A stretch of 64,000 bases of DNA from the human T2T-CHM13v2.0 reference genome, Homo sapiens. The notes beneath the pieces are model-generated. The model was given only the letters and a program-made list of their open reading frames with translations. It was not told the origin of the DNA and ran no database searches. This document shows, piece by piece, positions 12,486 through 25,469 of this stretch. Position numbers and translations under genes: made by a program. Position 1 is the stretch's first letter. Every line of letters begins with the position of its first letter. The stretch is from NCBI RefSeq assembly GCF_009914755.1, contig NC_060927.1; one strand, given 5' to 3'.

Positions 12486-12813
12486 TTTTTTCTTTTTTTT
12501 TAGAGAGAGGGTCATGCCCTGTCACCCAGGCTAGAGTGAAATGACATGATCACAGACTTCTGCAGCCTGGACTTCCTGGGCTCAAGCGATCCTCCCCTTT
12601 CAGCCTCCCAAGTAGCTGGGACTACAGATCATACTGAAACACCAGGTGTGACCTGAAACACCAGGTGCCCAGCTAATTTTTTTATTTTTTTGTAGAGATG
12701 GTGGTGGTCTCACTGTATTGCTGAGGCTGGCCTCAAAGACCTGGGCTCAAAGGATCTTCCTGCCTCGGCCTCCAAAATGTTGGGATTACAGGCATGAGCC
12801 ACTGCACCCAGCT
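12486..12813 (-). mobile_element. AluJ-like element with internal 15-bp tandem duplication
   Basis: Alu dimer; ctgaaacaccaggtg at 12634-12648 and 12653-12667. Confidence 0.9.
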
Positions 12814-12869
12814 ACATATTTGTTTGTTCACTTAATGACTATTTCTGGACTCTCCACACCCCACCTCCA

Positions 12870-13045
12870 CTAGACCAACATGTCTAAGAGAATATTCTGC
12901 ATCGGTGAAAATTTTCTGTACCTGCACTGTCCAATACGATTGTCACTAGTCCCAGGTGGCCATTGAGCACTTAAAATGTGGCAAGTGTGACTGCAGAATT
13001 CAATTTTTAGGTTGGCTTCATTTAATGAGTTTAAATCTAAATAGC
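12870..13045. mobile_element. MER3 (hAT-Charlie) left part; remainder at ~19620-19660, split by LINE-1
   Basis: gcactgtccaatacg...ttgagcacttaaaatgtggc...aaatctaaatagc resumes as cacatgtggc after the L1. Confidence 0.8.
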
Positions 13046-14440
13046 TGGGGGCCGGGGGTGGGGCTGGCAAGATGGCCAAACAGGAACAGCTCTGATCTGC
13101 AGCTCCCAGCGAGACCGAGAAGACGGGTGACTTCTGCATTTCCAACTGAGGTACCCACCTCATCTCATTGGGCCTGGTTAGACAGTGGGTACAGCCCACA
13201 GAGGGCAAGCAGAAGCAGGGTGGGGCGTCGCCTTACCTGGGAAGCACAAGGAGTCAGGGAACCCCCTTCCCTAGCCAAGGGAAGTCGTGAGGAACTGTGC
13301 CGTGAGGGACAGTGCTATCCAGCCCAGATACTATGCTTTTCCCATTGTCTTCGCAACCCACCGACCAGGAGATTCCCTCGGGTGCCTACACCACCAGGGC
13401 CCTGGGTTTCAAGCACAAAAATGGGTGGCAATTTGGGCAGACACTGAGCTAGCTGCAGGAGTTTTTTTCGTACCCCAGTGGTGCCTGGAATGCCAGAGAG
13501 ATAGAACCGTTCACTCCCATGGAAAGGGGGCTGAAGACAGGGAGCCGAGTGATCGTGCTAAGTGGACCCCACCCCCATGGAGTCCAGCAAGCTAAGATTC
13601 ACTGTCTTGAAATTATCGCTGCCAGCACAGCACTCTAAAGTCGACCTGCGATGCTGAGCTTGGTGTGGGGAGGGGCGTCCGCCATTAAGGAGGCTTGAGT
13701 AGGTTGTTTTCCCCTTATAATGTAAATAAAGCCACTGGGAAGTTCAAACGATGCGGAACCCACTGCGGCGTGGCAACGCCACTGTAGCCAGACTGCCTCT
13801 CTAGATTCCTCCTCTCTGGGCAGGGCATCTCTGAAAGAAAGGCAGCAGCCCCAGTCAGCGGCTTATAGATACAATTCCCATCTCCCTGGGACAGAGCACC
13901 TTGGGGAAGGGGCAACTGTGGGCGCAGCTTCAACAGACTTAAACGTTCCTGCCTGCCAGCTCTGAAGTGAAGATTCACAGCTCTGAAGTGAAGAAATCAC
14001 AGAGAAATCTCTCTGAAGAGAGCAGTGGTTCTCCCAGCACAGTGCTTGAGCTCTGCTAAGGGACAGACTGCATCCTCAAGCGGATCCCTGACCCCCGTGC
14101 CTCCTGACAGGGAGACACCTCCCAGCAGGGGTTGACAGACACCTTATACAGGAGTGCTCCAGCTGGCATCTGGCGGGTGCCCCTCTGGGACAAAGCTTCC
14201 AGAGGAAGAAGCAGGCAGCAATCTTTGCTGTTCTGCAGTCTCCACTGGTGATACCCAGGCAAACAGGATCTGGAGTGGACCTCCAGCAAACTCCAGCAGA
14301 CCTGTAGAAGAGGGGCCTGTTAGAAGGAAAGCTAACAAACAGAAAGCAATAGCATCAACATCAACAAAAAGGACGTCCACGCAAAAGCTCCATCCAAAGG
14401 TCACCAACATCAAAGGCCAAAGGTAGATAAAGCCATGAAG

Positions 14441-15477
14441 ATGAGGAAAAACCGAAGCAAAAAGGCTGAAAATTCCAAAAACCAGAATGCCTCTTCTCCT
14501 CCAAAGGATCAAAACTCCTCACAAGCAAGGGAACAAAGCTGGATGGGGAATGAGTTTGACAAATTAACAGAAGTAGGCTTCAGAAGGTGGGTAATAACAA
14601 ACTCCTCTGAGCTAAAGAAGCATGTTCTAACTAAATGCAAGGAAAGTAAGAACCTTGATAAAAGGTTACAGGAACTGCTAACTAGAATAACCAGTTTAGA
14701 AAAGAACATAAATGACCTGATGGAACTGAAAAACACAGCACAAGAACTTCGTGAAGCATACACAAGTATCAATAGCCAAATCAATCAAGCAGAAGAAAGG
14801 ATATCAGACATTGAAGATGAACTTAATGAAATAAGCATGAAGACAAGATTAGAGAAAAAAGAATGAAAAGGAACGAATAAAGCCCCCAAGAAATATGAGA
14901 CTATGTGAAAAGACCAAACCTACGTTTGATTGGTGTACCTGAAAGTGACAGGGAGAATGGAACCAAGCTGGAAAACACACTTCAGGATATTATCCAGGAG
15001 AACTTCCCCAACCTAGCAAGACAGGTCAACATTCAAACTCAGGAAATACAGAGAACACCACAAAGATACTCCTCATATATTTAAAAAAAAAAAAAAAAAA
15101 AAAGACACATAATCCTCAGATTCACCAAGGTTGAAATGAAGGAAAAAATGTTTAGGGCAGCCAGAGAGAAAGGTCGGGTTACCTACAAAGGGAAGCCCAT
15201 CAGACTAACAGTGGATCTCTCTGCAGAAACCCTACAAGCCAGAACAGAGTGGGGGCCCATATTCAACATTTTTAAAGAAAAGAATTTTCAACCCAGAATT
15301 TCATATCCAGCCAAACTAAGCTTCATAAGAGAAGGAGAAATAAAATCCTTTACAGACAAGCAAATGCTGAGAGATTTTGTCACCACCAGGGCTGCCTTAC
15401 AAGAGTTCCTGAAGAAAACACTAAATATGGAAAGGAAAAACTGGTACCAGCCACTGCAAAAACATACCAAAATGTAA
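14441..15477 (+). pseudogene. L1 ORF1p remnant (frameshifted, with stops)
   Basis: Fragments MRKNRSKKAENSKNQ...LTRITSLEKNINDLMELK and KEKMFRAAREKGRVTYKGKPIRLTVDLSAETLQAR..YPAKLSF; broken at ~14835 and 15075-15103. Confidence 0.93.
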
Positions 15478-15539
15478 AGACCACAACACTATGAAGAAAC
15501 TGCATCAACTAATACGCAAAATAACCAGCTAGCATCATA

Positions 15540-15739
15540 ATGACAGGATCAAATTCACACATAACAATATTAACTTTAAATGTAAATGGATTAAATGCCC
15601 CAATTAAAAGACATAGACTGGCAAATTGAATAAAGTCAAGACCCATCGGTGTGCTGTATTCAGGAGACCCATCTCACGTGCAAAGACACACATAGGCTCA
15701 AAATAAAGGGATGGAGGAAGATTTACCAAGCAAATGGAA

Positions 15740-15779
<40 letters not shown>

Positions 15780-18700
15780 CAGTGGTTGCAATCCTAGTCT
15801 CTGATAAAATAGACTTCAAACCAACAAATATCAAAAAAGAAAAAGAAGGGCATTACATAATGGTAAAGGGATCAATGCACAAGAAGAGCTAATTATCCTA
15901 AATATATATGCACCCAATACAGGAGAACCCAGATTCATAAAGCAAGTTCTTAGAGACCTACAAAGAGACTTAGACTCCCACACAATAATAGTGGGAGACT
16001 TTAACACCCCACTGTCAATATTAGACAGATCAACAAAACAGAAAATTAACAAGGATATTCAGGACTTGAACTCAGCTTTGGACCAAGTGGGCCTAATAGA
16101 CATCTACAGAACTCTCCACCCCAAATCAACAGAGTATACATTCTTCTCTGCACCAAATAGCACTTATTCTAAAATTGACCACATAATTGGAAGTAAAACA
16201 CTCCTCAGCAAATGCAAAAGAATGGAAATCATAACAGTCTCTCAGACCACAGTGCAATCAAATTAGAACTCAGGATTAAGAAGTTCATTCAAAACCACAC
16301 AACTACATGGAAACTGAACAACCTGCTCCTGAATGATTATTGGGTAAATAACGAAATTAAGGCAAAAATAAATAAGTTCTTTGAAACCAATGAGAACAAA
16401 GATACGAAGTACCAGAATCTCTGGGACACAGCTAAAGCAGTGCTTAAAGGGAAATTTATAGCACTAAATGCCCTCAGAAGAAAGCAGGAAAGATCTAAAA
16501 TCGATACCCTAACATCACAATTAAAAGAACTAGAGAAGCAAGAACAAACAAATTCAAAAGCTACCAGAAGACGAGAAATAACTAAGATCAGAGCAGAACA
16601 GAAGGAGACAGAGACATGAAAAACCCTTCAAAAAAAAATCAATGAATCCAGGAGCTAGCTTTTTTGAAAAAATTAACAAAATAGATAGACTGCTAGCCAG
16701 GCTAATAAACAAGAAAAGAGAGATGAATCAAATAGACACAAGAAAAAATGATAACGGGGATATCACCACTGATCCCACAGAAATACAAACTACCATCAGA
16801 GAATACTATAAACACCTCTATGCAAATAAACTAGAAAATCTAGAAGTAATGGATACATTCCTGGACACATACACCCTCCCAAGCCTCAACCAGGAAAAAC
16901 TTGAATCCCTGAAGAGACCAATAACAAGTTCTGAAATTGAAGCATAATTAATAACCTACCAACAAAAAAAGCCCAGGACCAGAGAGATTCACAGCTGAAT
17001 TCTACCAGAGGTACAAAGAGGAGCTGGTACCATTTCTTCTGAAACTATTCCAAACAATAGAAAAAGAGGGACTCCTCCCTAACTCATGTTATGAAGCCAG
17101 CATCATCCTGATACTAAAACCTGGCAGAGACACAACAAAAAGAGAAAATTTCAGGCCAATATCCCTGATGAATATAGATGCAAAAATCCTCAATAAAATA
17201 TTGGCAAACCGAATCCAGCAGCACGTTCTAAAGCTTATCCACCACAATCAAGATGGCTTCATTCCTGGGATGCAAGGCTGGTTCAACATAAGCAAATCAA
17301 TAAACATAATCCATCACATAAACAGAACCAATGACAAAAACCACATGATTATCTCAATAGATGCAGAAAAGGTCTTCGATAAAATTCAACACCCCTTCAT
17401 GCTAAAAACACTCAATAAACTAGGTATTGATGGACCATATCTCAAAATAATAAGAGCTATTTATGACAAACCCACAGCCAGTATCATACTGAATGGGCAA
17501 AAGCCGGAAGCATTCCCTTTGAAAACTGGCACAAGACAAGGATGCCCTCTCTCACCACTCCTATTAAACATAGTATTGGAAAATCTGGCCAGGGCAATCA
17601 GGCAAGAGAAAGAAATAAAAAGTATTCAAATAGGAAGAGAGGAAGTCAAATTGTCTCTGTTTGCAGATGACATGATTGTATATTTAGAAAATCCCATCAT
17701 CTCAGCCCAAAAACTCTGTAAGCTGATAAGCAACTTCAGCAAAGTCTCAGGTTACAAAATCCATGTGCAAAAATCACAAGCATTCCTATACACCAATAAC
17801 AGACAAACAAAGAACCAAATCATGAGTGAACTCCCATTCACAATTGCTACAAAGGGAATAAAATACCTAAAAATACAACTTACGAGGGGTGTGAAAGACC
17901 TCTTCAAGGAGAACTACAGAGCACTGCTCAAGGAAATAAGAGAGGACACAAACAAATGAAAAAACATTCCATGCTCATGGATAGGAAGAATGAATATCAT
18001 GAAAATGGCCATACTGCCCAAAGTAATTTATAGATTCAGTGCTATTCCCATCAAGCTACCATTGACTTTCTTCACAGAATTAGAAAAAAACTACTTTAAA
18101 TTTCATATGAAACCAAAAAAAGAGCTGGTATAGCCAAGACAATCCTAAGCAAAAAGAACAAAGCTGGAGGCATCACGCTACCTGACTTCAAATTATACTA
18201 CAAGGCTACAGTAACCAAAACAGCATGGTACTGGTATCAAAACAGATATATAGACCAATGGAACAGAACAGAGGCCTCAGAAATAACACCACACATCTAC
18301 AACCATCTGATCTTTGACAAACCTGACAAAAACAAGAAATGGGGAAAGGATTCCCTATTTAATAAATGGTGTTGGAAAAACTGGCTAGCCATATGCAGAA
18401 AACGGAAACTGGACCCCTTCCTTACACCTTATACAAAAATTAACTCAAGATGGATTAAAGACTTAAATGTAAGACATAAAACCATAAAAACTCTACAAGA
18501 AAACCTAGGCAATACTATTCAGGACATAGGCATGGGCAAAGACTTCATGACTAAAACACCAAAAGCAATTACAACAAAAGCCAAAATTGACAAATGGGGT
18601 CTAATTAAACTAAAGAGCTTCTGCACGGCAAAAGAGACTACCATCAGAGTGAACAGGCAACCTACAGAATGGGAGAAAATGTTTGCAATCTACTCATCTG

Positions 18701-19389
18701 ACAAAGGGCTAATATCCAGAATCTACAAGGAACTTAAGCAAATTTACAAGAAAAAAAAACCCCATCAAAAAGTGGGCAAAGGATATGAACAGACACTTCT
18801 CAAAAGAAGACATTTATGCGGCCTACAAACATATGAAAAAAAAAACTCATCATCACTGGTCATTAGAGAAATGCAAATCAAAACCACAATGAGATACCAT
18901 CTCACACCAGTTAGAATGGGGATCATTAAAAAGTCAGGAAACAACAGATGCTGGAGAGGATGTGGAGAAATAAGAACACTTTTACACTGTTGGTGGGAGT
19001 GTAAATTAGTTCAACCATTGTGGAAGACAGTGTGGCGATTCCTCAAGGATCTAGATCCAGAAATACCATTTAACCCAGCAATCTCATTACTGGGTATATA
19101 CCCAAAGGATTATAAATCATTCCACGATAAAGACACATGCACACGTATATTTATTGAGGCACTATTCACGATAGCAAAGACTTGGAACCAACCCAAATGC
19201 TCATCAATGATAGACTGGATAAAGAAAATGTAGCACATATACACCACAGAATACTATGCAGCCATAAAAAAGAATGAGTTCATGTCCTTTGCAGGGACAT
19301 GGATGAAGCTGGAAACCATCATTCTCAGCAAACTAACACAGGAACAGAAAAGCAAACACCACATGTTCTCACTCATAAGTGGGAGTTGA
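15540..19389 (+). pseudogene. L1 ORF2p remnant (APE endonuclease + reverse transcriptase + Cys-rich domain), multiply disrupted
   Basis: ATG ACA GGA TCA start at 15540; EN motifs GDFNTPLS and SDHSAIKLE; RT motifs [10 protein letters not shown] and LFADDMIVY (17168-17959); [16 protein letters not shown]; split over many frames. Confidence 0.95.
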
Positions 19390-20659
19390 ACAATGAGAAC
19401 ATATGGACACAGGGAGAGGAACATCACATGCTGGGGCCTGTCATGGCATGGGGGGCAAGGAAAGGGATAGCATTAGGAGAAATACCTAATGTAGATGACA
19501 GGTTGACAGGTGCAGCAAACCACCATGGCACATGTGTACCTACATAACAAACCTGCATGTTCTGCACATGTATCCCAGAACTTAAAGTATAATAATTAAA
19601 AAAAAAAAATCTAAATAGCCACATGTGGCAGGGGATCATTGTTTAGGCAGAGCCACCTAGAGTGTCTGTTCTAAGACAGCAGGAGCCATGTCTGTTCTTG
19701 TATCCCCAGTGCCTACAACTATGCCTGACATATAATAGGTGATCAATAAACATTCCTTATGTGAGGGAAGAAAAATACAAACAAATGAAATCCCTTCTGA
19801 TCATCTCTCGGCTCCACTCTCCACTCTCACTGGAGGCCTCCTTCCATCCGGTTTTTTTGTTTTGTTTTGTTTTGGTTTTGGTTTTTGGGTTTTTTTTTTG
19901 CAGCACTGACCTTAGGCATTTGGCAGAAACACCAGGTGCCAGGGCAGCAGAGTCAATTACTCCCTCCACTGCACTCCATTTGGAGGCAATACCCGCTGTG
20001 AGGAGGTGGGATGGTAATGAGGCCTTACCAGGCCCCAATAAATACTGCAGCTGTTTCCTATACAGTCATTTGGGCTTTATGGAATGTGGAAGTGAGTGGC
20101 TTGGCCTATAAATCCATGTGAATCGCTTTGTCTATTCCTCCTCCTCCTCCTCCTCTGTCTAATGTTGGAAGACACAGGAGGGAGAACCAAGTCAGTGTTA
20201 GGTCAAGAAACTGAATTCAATTAAAGTGTTATTTGGACCCAATCTCTTTTAGGAAATGAACGCAGCATCGGGCTGAATAATATATATTTTGCAAGTAAGG
20301 GTTCCTCCTGGACTCCATTTAAGCAGAGAAAGATAATTCAGAACAGACATTCAGTCTGGTCTTGTTTCTACCCAGCGAGGATTTAGGACATCTATGGTAT
20401 CCCACAGCAATAAGACTTCTACTTCCCCCTGTAATGGCCCCAAATGATGACTGAGAAAGATATAGCTCCCAAGGCCTCTGGAAAACACCTTGTTAATTGT
20501 GCCCAGGATTGGCTGGGAAAACAGCAGACAGAGATGCTTTCAGATATTAACAAATATGGGATAAAAACCAGAAATGATGGTTGAGAGATGAGATCAACTA
20601 CAAAAGTGGCTCAAGTTAAACTTCCTAGAGAGTTCATGCTGTGCCACATGCAGTGGTTT

Positions 20660-20777
20660 CAGTTGGGGTCTGTTCTGGATGCCGTGGGGGCAGCTGGGGT
20701 CTGTTCTGGATGCTGTGGGTGCAGTTGAGGCTGTTCCACAGGCAGCGGTTGCAGTTGGGTTTGTTCCCAAGGATGTG
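20660..20777. repeat. Degenerate 30-31-bp minisatellite, ~4 units
   Basis: Units starting cag(t/c)tg(g/a)gg..tgttc at 20660, 20691, 20722, 20752. Confidence 0.8.
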
Positions 20778-21204
20778 AAGAACACTCTGGGGCCTACTCT
20801 GAGAAGCTGAGTCCTGTTTTTATCATGAAGGGACAATAAATGCGACCATTGTATTTCCCAGGTCACACCTCTGGGAACTGCCAGTCACGTAGTCTCAGAT
20901 GTATTTTCTCTGGTACTTAGAAATTGTCCTTCACCTGGGGAAGTCTTTGTGTTATAGCAGGGGACAGGGGTATATCTCCATATGCTGTCTGGACAACAGC
21001 CAAGCTTCTGAGTATCAGGTACCCTAAAAATTATAATAATGGGAATAACAGTTGCAATTTAGGAAGCCCCAACAAGGTGCCGTTTTCTGTGCAAGGCCAT
21101 TTTCTACATTATCTCAGGGAATCCCTATGACAACTCTAAGATAGCTACAGCTATTGCTGTTTTACATGTTAAAAAGGGTTGAAGGGATTCAGAAGAGTTA
21201 AATC

Positions 21205-21520
21205 ATCTGCCATGCTGGGGAGACCCCTGTGGAAGGAAGCAAGGATGGCCTCAGACCAACAGGAAGCAAGGACCCGAGGCCCTCATCCAACAACCCAGGA
21301 GAAACTGAATCCTGCCACCAACCATGTGAGTCAGCCTGGAAGCAGATCTGCCATGGACAGAGCTGTGTCCTCCCCAGATTCACATGTTGAAGCCATAACC
21401 CCCAGTGTGATGGTATTTGGAGATAGGGCCTCTGGGAGATAATTAGGGTTAGATGAGGTCATGAGGTTGGAGCCTCAGGATGGGATTAGTGCCCTTATAA
21501 GAAGAGACCAGAGAGAAGAG

Positions 21521-21559
<39 letters not shown>

Positions 21560-21977
21560 TCCCTCCTCTCTCTTCTCTCTGCCATATGAGGACACAGTAA
21601 GGAGGCAATTGTCTATAAACCAGGAAGAGACAGCCTTCACCAGAACCTAGCTGGCCTCTAAATTCCGACTGAGAGGCTCCAAAGTTGTAACAAAAGAAAT
21701 GTCTGCTGTTTAAGCCACCCAGTCTATGGCATCTTGTTTTAGAAGCCTGGGGAGACTAAGACAGCATCATTCTAGTTAAGCCTTCATATGAGACCTCAGC
21801 ACCAGGCACCAGCCAACACATCAAAAGCAGTCTTGTAAGAGACCCACAAGCCGAGGACCCAGGTAAGGCAAACCTGGATTCCTGATCCACAAAAACTCTG
21901 AGATAACAAATGTGTGGGTTTTTTCAAGCTGCTAAGTTTAAGGGTAATTTGGTACACAGCAATCAATAACTGATACA
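21205..21977 (+). mobile_element. MLT1E/F-like LTR with a nested MLT1A0-like LTR (21349-21763)
   Basis: gaaactgaatcctgccaccaaccatgtgag..ggaagcagatc|TG..gactaagaCA|..ttctagttaagcc..gcaatcaataactgataca. Confidence 0.75.
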
Positions 21978-23084
21978 TCACACGACCCGTAAGAACCTCA
22001 GCTCTGATTCTAAATCAGGTCACACTGGCCCCAGAACCCACTCATTTTTGCACTACGTCACACTGCATTTCACGTTCTCTTCCTTCCTTTTCCCCAGAAG
22101 TTCTGATATAGGTGCCTCTTGCTCCCTGAGACATCCAACGCTGTCCCTTTTCCTACTGCCCTGTCCACTGTGAAGAAGAACAAAACCTTGCCTGCTCCAG
22201 GAGGCAGCACCACAGAGTGGAAAGACGGCAGAATTTGGAGTTAGGTGATTAGGATTGGAATCTCAGTGTTGGCCGGAACACGCCCACTGTGTGACCTTGG
22301 GCAAGTCACTTCCCCAATCTCTGGGTGCTCACAGGTCATATCTTGAAAGGTCATTTCTTGCAGGATGAATAGAAAGCCTTTGTGTGGAAGGCTATACTCT
22401 GGGGATGATTGTGGATAAAGTCCCTTCTCCTCTTTCAGCCTAACAAATGTCATCTCAAAACAAGAAGAGTCAATAGGCACTTCCCAAGGAGGACCAAAGT
22501 CAGGCCTGCCAGTCTGGAGTCCACTAGTGGACACAGTGCTCCCCGGCAGTGCTGTATTATGAGGCAAGAGAAGGGGTCCTTGTTCTACCACAACCAAGGA
22601 CCCAGACAGTGTCTCCTGCAGAGCCACATAGTGATCTTTCCTTCAGGATGTCTCCCCTGAAACTGGCACATCCATGTCCACCCACCTAGACTCCTCAAGA
22701 CCAATTCTTATTTGGGAACCACAAGTGCCAGCCTTCTGTGTTATTTGCCTGGTCAAAGTTCTTATTCACCTGCTATAAATGAGACAAGGTTTATTTGTAA
22801 GTCTTCCCAGATACAATTGAACCTCTCCACCCAGAAACATTTCCAGCATCCTCATGCTGTGTGGGGATGAGAGGGAGTAAGGAGGCCTTTCACAAATGTG
22901 GTCAGGCTGGGAAACAGTTATCCCAAGAGAGGGCAAAAGGCCAATCAGGCCATATCTACCCTGATTTCTACACTTAAATACCACACCAGTTTTTCCTAGT
23001 CTGAATAAATTAACTCATTACCTGTCATGGCATAGTAATGTTTCTAATAAGGTGTCATATGAAAAAGTAGAATACAAAAATGTG

Positions 23085-23168
23085 GCAAGGAAGGAAGAAA
23101 GGGAGGGACAGAGGGAGGAAGGGAAAAGGAAGGAAGGAAGGAAGGAGGAAGGGAGGGAGGGAGGAAAT
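23085..23168. repeat. (GGAA/GGGA)n purine repeat
   Basis: Seen directly. Confidence 0.85.
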
Positions 23169-23177
23169 CATAAGGAA

Positions 23178-23348
23178 ACGGTTCTCAAATACTGATGTAT
23201 CAGGAACATCTGGAGGGCTTCTTAAACCACATGGCTAGTCTACACCCCCAGAGTTTCTGATTTAGTAGATCTGGGGTGGGGCTGAAAATTTTGCTTTCTG
23301 GGTTCTGCTGACATTGCTAGTCTGGAGACTAGACTTTGAGAACCACTG
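23178..23348. mobile_element. MER5A (hAT-Charlie)
   Basis: ggttctcaaa...ccccagagtttctgatttagtagatctggggtgggg...tttgagaaccactg. Confidence 0.85.
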
Positions 23349-24154
23349 TAAGAAAATATACCAAAATTCAGTGGACACCTATAGGAAATGGGTCTGAGCA
23401 CAGTTGTTTTGAAGGCTGCATAATATTAATCTGTATTGTGTAATATTGATAATAAAAGTATACATATTTTATAATTAGAAAAAACACATTAGTAGTATTA
23501 TGGAAAGAAAAAAGTCAATCTTTACATATATGTGTATCAAAAGAGTCAATCCTCTCTGCTTCCTTTAATGTAAAATTCAAAAACAGACAACACTAATCCA
23601 TGGCGATAGAAATCAGAACAATAGTGGCCTATGGGGGTGGAGATTGACCAGAAAGGGTCCCAAGGGAACCATCTGGAGTAATGGAAATGTTTACCTTGAC
23701 TGGGGTGGTAGTTACCCAAGTGCATACGCTTATCAAAACTAATCTACTTGTGCATTTAATATCCATGTTTCTCTCTATCAAATTTAACTCATTTAAAAAA
23801 ACTCACTGTGATCAGCAAAAGAAGTATCACTTTTATATACATACACATAATACAAATATTATATACACACATATACACAATACCTATAATCATAAGTGTG
23901 TAAAATTGATGAGTACAGATGGATATTGACCAGACAATAACACAGCAAGTGAAAACAAGTAATTCAGAAGGGAGGTGGGAGTTTCATCCTTCTTTTTTCC
24001 ATTTTTACTGTTATTATTTAAGCAAGAGATTTTTTTTTTTAAGTCAATTCCTGTTTATGCTTCTGGTACTGTTTTGTGCTGCCTTTCCCGGAAATGCCTT
24101 ACTTCTGGTACCAATAACCGCTGAAGACAAAAGCAGAAGACTGGTACAGCATGT

Positions 24155-24897
<743 letters not shown>

Positions 24898-25469
24898 AAT
24901 TAGCTTCCCCATTGAACATAAAGTGCCCCATTAATAAGATGAAAAACCCTACAGCCAAAGCATGATGCACTAAGAAAAAAGCACAGCGTGGCAGAGGATG
25001 TAGCAAAGAAGCAGTAATTTACACCTCTGTCCTGTCTCAAGAATGAATGAACAAATAGGTACCCTGCACCTATCTCTATCTTTTATGGCATTTCTCACAT
25101 TGTCATCACAACAGAAGATAATGTGCATGGAAGGTCTGAGACCTGCTCCATTCTGGAATTATAGTCGTTCTGGAATATGGCTATCTTAATAACAAAAGAC
25201 CACAATGATCAAACTAAAGTCATATGACCTGCCAAAACAGATGAATGTCCAAAACCGGTTACAACTTCAGTTGCTACAAATCTGTTGCAATGTTTGGACA
25301 TTGTCCACTACAACCTGCCTTTACTGGGCAGCTAGGACCTTACCCACAGGTCATTCACAGCCCCCTGGATTGCACCATCCCTTCGTAGTAGAAAATGTTG
25401 TCAGTCGTTACGGTGGTGTGATTTTTAAGTGAGTAATCACTTTTTAAAGTTTTTTAAATTTCTAAAACT

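Larger units (their letters stand above)
13046..19606 (+). mobile_element. Full-length (~6.56 kb) LINE-1, L1PA7-like, retrotransposition-defective
   Basis: 5' UTR with YY1 core caagatggcc (13068-13077), ORF1, ORF2, 3' UTR caaaccaccatggcac..tatcccagaacttaaagtataata, poly(A); 13-bp TSD aaatctaaatagc (13033-13045, 19607-19619) at a tt|aaat endonuclease site. Confidence 0.95.

Noticed and set aside
14435-19547. Reverse transcriptase/endonuclease ORFs as an active or novel retroelement system
   Set aside because: Standard LINE-1 ORF1/ORF2, broken by many frameshifts, stops and poly(A) insertions
20660-20777. CRISPR-like repeat array
   Set aside because: Units are contiguous and degenerate with no unique spacers; eukaryotic context with no cas genes
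25110-25420. Unassigned segment possibly an ancient DNA transposon or exon
   Set aside because: No termini, TSD, splice pair or homology could be established by eye
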